Shown here: positions 57,231 to 64,000 of the stretch, piece after piece
How the letters are laid out: every line of letters starts with the position of its first letter
How positions within the stretch are numbered: position 1 is the stretch's first letter
From: an uncultured delta proteobacterium
Lineage (GTDB): Bacteria > Myxococcota_A > Polyangia > Polyangiales > Polyangiaceae
DNA: 64,000 nt
Reading direction: 5' to 3'
NCBI GenBank assembly: GCA_963782055.1
Contig: CAWAIF010000003.1
Span: 6,272,001-6,336,000 of the forward strand
Made by a program: the position numbers and the translations under genes
The notes under the pieces: generated by a model
The model's database searches: none
Told to the model about the DNA's origin: nothing
The model's input: the letters and a program-made list of their open reading frames with translations, nothing else

Positions 57231-58076
57231 TCAGGGCAGCGCGTCGAGGGGGCTCTGAATCGACTGCACGCGGGCGGTGCTCACGTGCAGGTAGGCCATC
57301 GTGCTCCTGAGCGACGCGTGCCCGAGCAAGACCTGCAACGTGCGAAGGTCGGTCCCTGCGTCGAGCAGGTGCGTGGCGAAGCTGTGGCGCAGCGTGTGCG
57401 GCGACACGCGCCGGGTGATGCCCGCGCGCCGCGCCGCCTTGAGGATCGCCCGGTGGACGGCCGCGCGCGTGAGGAGCGTCCCGGGCACGCGCCCCGGAAA
57501 CAGTTGCGGTCCTGCGGGTCGTGACGCCTTCCAGTACGCGCGCAGCGTCGCCAGCAGCCTCGCGCTGAGCATCACGTAGCGCTCACGCCCGCGCTTGGTG
57601 TGCCGCACGTGCAGGAGCATCCGCTTCGGATCGATGTCGTCCACCCGGAGCTTGCACACCTCGCTCACGCGCAGCCCCGCCCCGTAGGCGAGCATCACCA
57701 GGGCCCGGTGCTTGTGGCTCGTGAGCGCCGCGAGCAGCCGCGCCACCTCCGCGCTCGTCAGCACCACCGGCACGTGCATCGGCACCCGCATGCGCGCCAT
57801 CCCCAGCGTCGCCTCCGGCCGCTCCAGCGTCACCTCGTAGAGAAACCTCAGCGCGGCCGCGTGCACGTTGACCGTCAACGCCGCCAGCCTGCGCTCCGCC
57901 ACCAGGTGCAAGAGGAACGTCCGGATCTCCGCCGCCCCCAGCGCGCACGGCGACCGCCCGTGGTACTGCGCGAACCGCCGCACGCACCCCACGTACGTGG
58001 CGATCGTGTTGGCGCTCATCCCTCGCAGCGCGAGGTCCTCGCTCATCGTGTCCCGCAGTCTTCGCTTCGCACCCAT
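57231..58076 (-). CDS. Tyrosine recombinase / integrase
   Basis: YGAGLRVSE, TKRGRER, HTLRHSFATHLL, LLGH, TMAY: catalytic residues intact. Confidence 0.92.
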   Translation of the reverse strand: MGAKRRLRDTMSEDLALRGMSANTIATYVGCVRRFAQYHGRSPCALGAAEIRTFLLHLVAERRLAALTVNVHAAALRFLYEVTLERPEATLGMARMRVPMHVPVVLTSAEVARLLAALTSHKHRALVMLAYGAGLRVSEVCKLRVDDIDPKRMLLHVRHTKRGRERYVMLSARLLATLRAYWKASRPAGPQLFPGRVPGTLLTRAAVHRAILKAARRAGITRRVSPHTLRHSFATHLLDAGTDLRTLQVLLGHASLRSTMAYLHVSTARVQSIQSPLDALP

Positions 58077-58369
58077 CGCGGCCTCCTTCGGCTCCGCGCG
58101 CGCCCACGAGCGGGCGGCGCGCGCCGCAGGATCGCCCGCATCACGGCACGCGAGGGCTACGAGGCGGGCTCGTCAGCGCGCACACGGCTCGCGGGGCTCC
58201 CGGGTCGCGAGCGAGCTTGATGCGGAGCCACGCTGCCGCGCAGCGGCTTCGTCCAAGATGGATTTCGTAAACTTTCGCGCCCGACCGCGCTAGGATTTCC
58301 TATGCGCCTACCGAGCAGAAGCTGGACGAAGCACGTCGGGCGCCACGATACTGCATGAGGTGCTGGAGG

Positions 58370-58468
58370 AGGCGAGGAACGTCTTGTAGGTGGTGTCGTA
58401 GTGGTAGTCGTCACGCAGGCGGGGGCGCCGGTGAAGGACTCGCTCTTCGTCGCGACGCGGCCGCTCGC
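58370..58468 (-). repeat. Degenerate duplicate of Rhs core segment 60313-60412
   Basis: By-eye alignment shows 3 substitutions and a 1-nt deletion over about 100 nt. Confidence 0.85.
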
Positions 58469-58520
58469 CTCTCGCGCCCGTGCGGGGCGGTAGACCCGGG
58501 CGAGAGCCGGCTCGAATCGC

Positions 58521-59057
58521 CTACCCTCCACCATCGCGCAGGACAAGCGGTGCCCCCAGCTCCCGGAGGGAAACAATATCTACGATCCGGTCGTGATCGG
58601 AGTCATAATAACCAATGAGCTCCACATATCTGCCTTGGCACGCGGAAAAGCTCGCGAGTTGCTCACACCTGATCCATAGCCAGTAGAACTCGTGGTCGGG
58701 GTTGCCAAAGGACCCTAGCCTCGAACCGAACTCTACATGCTCGAGTGCGCGGTCAACCACGTGACCGTGCATGGTGTAGGGGACCTCGCACCTGGGCGAC
58801 TGCATCGTGGCATCCGTGTCCAGCGCAAGCCATCCTCTGACCTTCACGGCCTCGTGTGGCATGCCGCGTTCGGGATACGCCAAGGGCCGCGCGGACGTCG
58901 GCGTGCCAGCACCAGCCGTATATGCACAGAGCGGCGTCAGTCCTCTGGATTGCATCGGGAGAGGCGGAGGCACGTTGGCGTTGCATTGCGCTCCAAGAGC
59001 GACGATCAGCGCACCGAGGGTAACCTGCACGAACTTACCACCCGCCGCGCAGCTCAC
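58521..59057 (-). CDS. Candidate cognate immunity protein (signal/lipobox-like N-terminus)
   Basis: GTGA overlap with the toxin stop; lower GC; VTLGALIVALGAQC. Confidence 0.55.
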   Translation of the reverse strand: MSCAAGGKFVQVTLGALIVALGAQCNANVPPPLPMQSRGLTPLCAYTAGAGTPTSARPLAYPERGMPHEAVKVRGWLALDTDATMQSPRCEVPYTMHGHVVDRALEHVEFGSRLGSFGNPDHEFYWLWIRCEQLASFSACQGRYVELIGYYDSDHDRIVDIVSLRELGAPLVLRDGGG

Positions 59058-62000
59058 GGCTGAAGCCTAAACGGGACGATTAGATTTGGCGCATTTGCGG
59101 CCGTCCGGAGTAGTTGCAGGCTGCGCGCTCCACTAATCCAGCTCTGCGGCGATTCGTTCGGGCGCGGTATGTTGACCGGCCATGTGGCCGGCGGTATGTA
59201 GATGTACCCGTACCCGAAGCCGCTTCCCTTCCTCGCGTCCACGTAGAGGATTGGGGTGTGGTTGTCGCAGGCTGTCTTTATGTCTGAGGGTGAAAACGAG
59301 CCCCCATTCGGGTGCGTATGAAAGATCACCTGCGCACCAGAGTGCCAACCGATGCCCCCTCCGGTCGGGCTCACTTGCTGTAACGTATACGAGAACTTGC
59401 CAGAACCGCTCTTGTAAAAGACCCCGCCCCACTCGTTGTGTGTCTGCTCCGTACCGGCAAGCGCGTCACGCAAGCCGCTTAAGAATGCGTCCGGGCCGTA
59501 GTCGTACCGCTCGCCCGGAGCGTACCCCGATGGATCGATGCAGTTCACCGGGTCATTCCCACAGTACGCGTAGAAGTTGAGCCCGCCGCCGAAGCGGATC
59601 GGGTCCTTGCTCAGCCAGCGGTGCTCCCAGCCGCTGTAGTCGCGGGCGCCCATGTGGTAGATGGCGGGGTAGTAGTCGAAGAGGCCGCCGGCGAAGCCGA
59701 AGGGCTGGTAGGCGGGCAGGCTGGTCATCGCGCCGAAGTCGTTGTAGTAGGTGTACGGGCCGTCGATGATGTTGCCGGGTGTGCCGCCACACGCCGGGCC
59801 GCTCAGGCAAATGACCGCGCGCGCCGTGCCGATCCCGTCGCTGACGATCCGCAGGATGCTACCATCGGCACGGTAGACCAGATCCGGGATGTTCGGCTTC
59901 GTCACGTAGGCGAAGTGGGCCGTGACGGCCCCGTTGCTGTCCAGGGTCGCGATGACTCGGTCGCCCTGGTAGAGGTACCCCGCGCTCTCGGCACCGGGCG
60001 GCTGGCTGCCGCTGCTGGTCCGGAAGACGAGGCGCCCCTGGCCGTCGATGGCGTAGTCGAGCGTCACGTTGCTGGATGGATCGGAGTAGTGACGGAGGTT
60101 GCCGAGGGGATCGTAGCCGAAGCTCTGGGTCTGCCCGCTCCGGTGGCGGACCACGGCCTCGCCGTTGGAGGAGTAGTCCCAGGTCCAGTAGCCGTCATTG
60201 ATGAGCCGATCCTGCGCGTCGTACGTCCACGCGCTCCCGGCGCCGCCGTTGCCGTCGGCGTCATAGGGGGTGTTCGCGGGCGGGGCCGCGCAGCCCCCGG
60301 TGGTGGTGGAGTAGGCGAGGAACGTCTTGTAGGTCGTGTCGTAGTGGTAGGTCGTCACGCAGGCGGCGGCGCCGTTGAAGGACTCGCTCTTCGTCGCGAC
60401 GCGGCCGCTCGCAGGATCGCGAGTGTAGACCAGAGCGTAGCGCGGCTGAGCGTTATAGGTGATCGTGTCGCTGATCAACGCCCCGTAGCGGTCGTAGTTG
60501 AACTCCTCGTGGAGGTGGTTGTTGTCGGTGTCCGTGCTCGCGAGCATGCGGTTGTAACCGTTCGCGCCGCGGTTGAGCGTCATGGTCATGCCCCCCACAT
60601 CGACCGCGCTGAGCACGCCGTCGCCGTCCAGGTGGAAGGTGTACCCGAGGCCACCGTCGATGTCGCGCGTGGTCAGCCGGCCGTAGCCATCGTAGCCGTA
60701 GTTGACTTTGCGCGTGGCGTTGGGCGACGTGAGCCCGTAGGTCTCCTGCGTCAGCATCGAGCCCTCGTAGCTGTAGGTGAGGTCGACCTGGCCGTTGTCG
60801 AGGGTGTGCAGGTGCCCCGTCGACTCGTACGCGTACTGGTTCGTGACGGTCCCGGTGAACGGCGCGAAGTAGCTCACCGCGGACGGACGCCCGGCGCCGT
60901 CATACGCGTAGCTCACCGTGCGACCAGGTTCCTGCATGCTCGTCGTGAGGCCATCCAGATCGTAAAGGTAGCTGGTCGGGCCGGTGGCGCCAACGGGCGG
61001 TGGCGTGTAGGTGTCGAGCAGGTCCAGAGGGGTCGCGGAGAACTGGTGCCACTTTCCCGCGGGGGTGTCCGCCCAGGTTACGTTGCCGTTCGGGTCGTAG
61101 TACCGGAACAGCGTTCGGCCGGGAATGCTGAACCGCTGGGGTCGACCCACAGGGTCGAACATCGAGTAGCCGTACGTGCCGATGCCCGGCACGTCGATGG
61201 AGGCCACCGCTCCGGTCGCGCCGTCGTACGTGAGGTTCGTGATGCGCGAGTTGACGGTGTAGGTCTCGAGCTGTCCGGTCGCGGGGTAGTAGCCGATCTG
61301 CACCGGGTAGAGCGGCGCGTTCGCGCCCGGCACGTTCCCCGTCACCTGGATGCTGGACGGACGCTCATGCTGGCTGTCCAGCGTGATCTCCGTCCTGGCG
61401 CCGGCGGCGCTGGTCTCGGTGACCTTCGACTGGCTCGAGTCGTACTGGGCCGTCCAGGTGAGGGTGTTGTTGTCGATGTCGGACCGGGTGGTGGTGTCTG
61501 TCTCGGACGTCACGTCGTCGGTCTGCGGATCGGTGACGACCATGCTCGAGTGGGTGGTGGTGACCGTCTTGGTGCCGTCGACCACCACGCCCTTCGCCGG
61601 GTAGCTCGCGTTCACGCCGAAGCGGGGGTCGGGGGCGTACGTGCTGGAGATCTGCGTTCCGTCGCGGAGCGAGACGTCCTCCGATCCGTCGGCGTACGTC
61701 GTGTGGGTGGACAGCTGGCCCGCCGGATCCGTGATGATCCGCGACTCCACCTGGTTGGTGCCCTCGTCGCCGGTCGCGCCACGGGTGGTGTCGACGGAGT
61801 AGGTGGTCGCGCGGGATTCCGCGGTGGTCAGCGCGACGTTCCACCCGCTGCCCGTCACGGGCATCGAACGCGCCAGGGTGACCCCGGGCGAGCTCTGCGG
61901 GTTCTTGTCGTTGGTCAGGAGGCCGACGCTGTCGTACGTGAAGTGGTGGTGCTGGCCCTTCGCGTCGGTGAGGTCGGTGAGCAGGCCGCCGGTGCCGTAG

Positions 62001-64000
62001 GCGAGCTGGATCGTCTCGTTGTTGGCGTTGACAATTCCCGCGAGGTAGAGCGTGCCGCCGTAGTCCTGGAACTCCAGCGTCGTCGGCTCGTTGCTCGCGA
62101 TCCCGGTCGGGGGCGTGATGCTCTTGCAGTCGTCGAAGCCGCAGGAGGAGCCGGCGTCGGTAATCTGGGTGACGTTGTCGTAGTCATCCGTGATGGAGGA
62201 CAAGACGCCCCCGGTGTACGCGAGGGTCTCGAGTGGTACGCCTCGGTAGCGGCTGAGGGTGGCGACGTGCTGCCCGCTGCTGTCGAACTTGTAAATGGCG
62301 GAGCCGTCGGGGCTCAACAGGCGGTAGCCCGCGGTCGGGTCCGGCGTGCCGAGGGGCTGCAAGGCCCGGACGATCGTGCCCGTGTTCCAGTTGCTGGGTT
62401 CACGGCTGGTGTAGAACAGCGATCCGTCCTGCCCGTCGGCCAGTCCCACCAGCTCCGAGCCGCCGCCGTGACCGCCGCCCGTGGCGGGCGCGCCGTCCAC
62501 GTAGGCGATCGTATTCTGCCCGCTGTTGACGATGCAGCTGCTACCTACCACCGTTGACATGGTCCCGTCTGGCTCGATCCGGCGCACTGCAGCCTGGCCC
62601 TTGTCGGCGATGTACAGCGCTCCGGCCTTCCACAGCAGCCGCTGGGGGGCATCGAGCGGCGCTAGGGTTGCCGCGTTCCCATCGCCCCAGTCATGGGGGC
62701 AGGCGTTCCCGTAAACACCGTCGTCGAATCCGTTGCCGCCCGCGGCGACGTGCAGCTTGCCGTCGGTGGACACGCGGAACACTACCGCGCGACTCAGGGC
62801 TGCCCCCTCCTCGGAGAAATAGACATCGCCGTTCGGGGCGACGGCCACGCCTTCGACGTCCTGCAGGGCATAGCTCGTCGCGGCCTGCCCTTCCATCGTG
62901 GCGAGGTCCGCCAGGTTGCCATTCCCAGAGCCGGCGATCGTCTCCAAAACGCCGTCAGTCCGTACGCGCCGGACCTCTGACTCCACCTTCCCGCGGTTAT
63001 CGACGAACACGACGCTGCCATCGGGGGCGGTGGTGATCGCGCTCACGGTGTTCAGGGAGGCCGCCGTTGCCAGGCCCCCGGCGGCCTCGAAGTGCCCATC
63101 CGTTCGGCACCCAAGCTGGGAAGGCCGCGCGTCGCCGGCGAGCACCGTCGTGTGAGCGTTGCTCCAATGGGGTGGATTGTCCGTCGGGGCGTCCACGTGG
63201 AGCACGTCGCATGCGCCTCCGACGAGCACCGCGCCGTCCCGCGCCGGAGCCACGGCCTGGCCGTTCACGTACACGCTCCCGAGGTTAGTGCCGTTGCTCG
63301 GCACCGGTGGGGCGCCGGCATCGACGCTCGACACGATCGTGTTGCCGGGAAACGCCCTCACCGCGCCGCTGTAGAGTCCGATGTCGGCGGCGAGTATGGT
63401 TCCGTTGCTGTCGCTCGTGGCCGTCAGCCCTCCCAGCTGATCCGAGGTGTCCTCCTGCCGCACCATGTCCGGAAGCTGGGTCGCGGTCCGCTTCTCTCCA
63501 TACCCCGTCCAGAGCGTGCCACTGCTCGGCTCGTACACGTGCTCCGCGCTCAGGGTCCACCCGCCGAAGCCGAGGGGTTGGGCGTCGAGTGCGTCGAGCC
63601 GCACGTCGTAGTCGCGGCGCAGAAAGATCACCCGCTCGTTGCGGTCACCATCCACGACCACGTCGCCACCGGTCCCGAAGGAGCCGAAGGTGGGGGTGAG
63701 GCCGGAGGGCGTCGCCGTGTAGGCGTAGGCCACGCGGACGTGGGCGACCACCGAGCCCTGGATCGGCCGCCCGTACGCGTCCTCGCGATTCCACGCCCAC
63801 GACACCGACTGGTTCTTCTTGTTCGCGTCGAGCGGCGTGAAGAGGGCCCGCTGGCCCGCGACGTCGATCTCCACCTCGGCGTAGTTCGGGGCGACCTGGA
63901 GCGTCGTGTTGTCGGTGTACGGAACCGTGATGACCGGGTGGAATCCGCGCTGCGTCTCGCTCCGGTAGTGCAGGCTGTACGGAGTTCCGGCGATCGGGAT
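59054..64000 (-). CDS. Teneurin-like NHL/YD-repeat Rhs protein with a JAB/DUF4329-like C-terminal toxin; runs off the right edge
   Basis: Frame open to 64000 (IPIAGTPYSLHYRS); EIDVAGQ...WNREDAYGR, GGWTLSAEHVY; NHL-like repeats; YD repeats; GFAGG...ARDY...WLSKDP...DPVNCIDPSG; tip NEWGG...HTHP...FSPSD. Confidence 0.88.
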   Translation of the reverse strand: MPIAGTPYSLHYRSETQRGFHPVITVPYTDNTTLQVAPNYAEVEIDVAGQRALFTPLDANKKNQSVSWAWNREDAYGRPIQGSVVAHVRVAYAYTATPSGLTPTFGSFGTGGDVVVDGDRNERVIFLRRDYDVRLDALDAQPLGFGGWTLSAEHVYEPSSGTLWTGYGEKRTATQLPDMVRQEDTSDQLGGLTATSDSNGTILAADIGLYSGAVRAFPGNTIVSSVDAGAPPVPSNGTNLGSVYVNGQAVAPARDGAVLVGGACDVLHVDAPTDNPPHWSNAHTTVLAGDARPSQLGCRTDGHFEAAGGLATAASLNTVSAITTAPDGSVVFVDNRGKVESEVRRVRTDGVLETIAGSGNGNLADLATMEGQAATSYALQDVEGVAVAPNGDVYFSEEGAALSRAVVFRVSTDGKLHVAAGGNGFDDGVYGNACPHDWGDGNAATLAPLDAPQRLLWKAGALYIADKGQAAVRRIEPDGTMSTVVGSSCIVNSGQNTIAYVDGAPATGGGHGGGSELVGLADGQDGSLFYTSREPSNWNTGTIVRALQPLGTPDPTAGYRLLSPDGSAIYKFDSSGQHVATLSRYRGVPLETLAYTGGVLSSITDDYDNVTQITDAGSSCGFDDCKSITPPTGIASNEPTTLEFQDYGGTLYLAGIVNANNETIQLAYGTGGLLTDLTDAKGQHHHFTYDSVGLLTNDKNPQSSPGVTLARSMPVTGSGWNVALTTAESRATTYSVDTTRGATGDEGTNQVESRIITDPAGQLSTHTTYADGSEDVSLRDGTQISSTYAPDPRFGVNASYPAKGVVVDGTKTVTTTHSSMVVTDPQTDDVTSETDTTTRSDIDNNTLTWTAQYDSSQSKVTETSAAGARTEITLDSQHERPSSIQVTGNVPGANAPLYPVQIGYYPATGQLETYTVNSRITNLTYDGATGAVASIDVPGIGTYGYSMFDPVGRPQRFSIPGRTLFRYYDPNGNVTWADTPAGKWHQFSATPLDLLDTYTPPPVGATGPTSYLYDLDGLTTSMQEPGRTVSYAYDGAGRPSAVSYFAPFTGTVTNQYAYESTGHLHTLDNGQVDLTYSYEGSMLTQETYGLTSPNATRKVNYGYDGYGRLTTRDIDGGLGYTFHLDGDGVLSAVDVGGMTMTLNRGANGYNRMLASTDTDNNHLHEEFNYDRYGALISDTITYNAQPRYALVYTRDPASGRVATKSESFNGAAACVTTYHYDTTYKTFLAYSTTTGGCAAPPANTPYDADGNGGAGSAWTYDAQDRLINDGYWTWDYSSNGEAVVRHRSGQTQSFGYDPLGNLRHYSDPSSNVTLDYAIDGQGRLVFRTSSGSQPPGAESAGYLYQGDRVIATLDSNGAVTAHFAYVTKPNIPDLVYRADGSILRIVSDGIGTARAVICLSGPACGGTPGNIIDGPYTYYNDFGAMTSLPAYQPFGFAGGLFDYYPAIYHMGARDYSGWEHRWLSKDPIRFGGGLNFYAYCGNDPVNCIDPSGYAPGERYDYGPDAFLSGLRDALAGTEQTHNEWGGVFYKSGSGKFSYTLQQVSPTGGGIGWHSGAQVIFHTHPNGGSFSPSDIKTACDNHTPILYVDARKGSGFGYGYIYIPPATWPVNIPRPNESPQSWISGARSLQLLRTAANAPNLIVPFRLQP

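Larger units (their letters stand above)
56091..58256 (-). mobile_element. IS91-family element with tyrosine recombinase; defective, downstream end not recognisable
   Basis: Recombinase plus HUH transposase; hairpin GCCGC-GCA-GCGGC-TTCGTCCAA at the upstream end; interrupts Rhs homology. Confidence 0.7.

Noticed and set aside
58157..58576. 139-aa ORF as a gene
   Set aside because: A chimera of a frameshifted Rhs fragment and the element end.
1..64000. Many long Arg/Ala/Pro/Gly-rich ORFs in the track (e.g. 12079-14202, 35137-38562, 59621-62557)
   Set aside because: Antisense or off-frame shadows of real genes in high-GC DNA; no recognisable motifs.
1..64000. CRISPR array, cas genes, rRNA or prophage
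   Set aside because: No regularly spaced repeats or matching genes seen by eye.

Overview
High-GC chromosomal window, very likely from a myxobacterium (Myxococcota, Polyangiales-like). This is inferred from a MYXO-CTERM protein, Cys-rich lipoproteins, Ser/Thr kinases and an eps-type cluster. (1) 1-16.3 kb is a Wzy-dependent exopolysaccharide locus: GT4, PilZ, GH44, GT2, Wzy, OafA-type acyltransferase and a kinase-less co-polymerase. It has a sigma54 promoter and a divergent enhancer-binding protein with a degenerate GAFTGA loop. It also carries a NadE-like/AsnB/adenylating ligase/ACP module and a tandem hexapeptide acyltransferase. (2) 16.4-23.8 kb holds an ECF sigma/FecR cassette, with a shared ATCCGCCCG-N16-CCACT motif in front of the sigma and a large lipoprotein, plus a propeller/di-heme cytochrome. 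(3) 24-55 kb is mostly core and envelope genes: tRNA-Val(GAC), aldolase/SDR, a barrel with two thioredoxin-like lipoproteins, a TonB-domain protein, two kinases, acyl-CoA dehydrogenase, trmL, rnc, phhB, a PPIase and an SBP-histidine kinase operon. (4) 55.2-64 kb is a polymorphic toxin locus built on a teneurin-like (FN-plug/NHL/YD) Rhs protein with a JAB-like tip and a candidate immunity gene. Downstream lies an orphan toxin-immunity module interrupted by a defective IS91-type/tyrosine-recombinase element. All family calls come from motif recognition by eye; no database searches were run.
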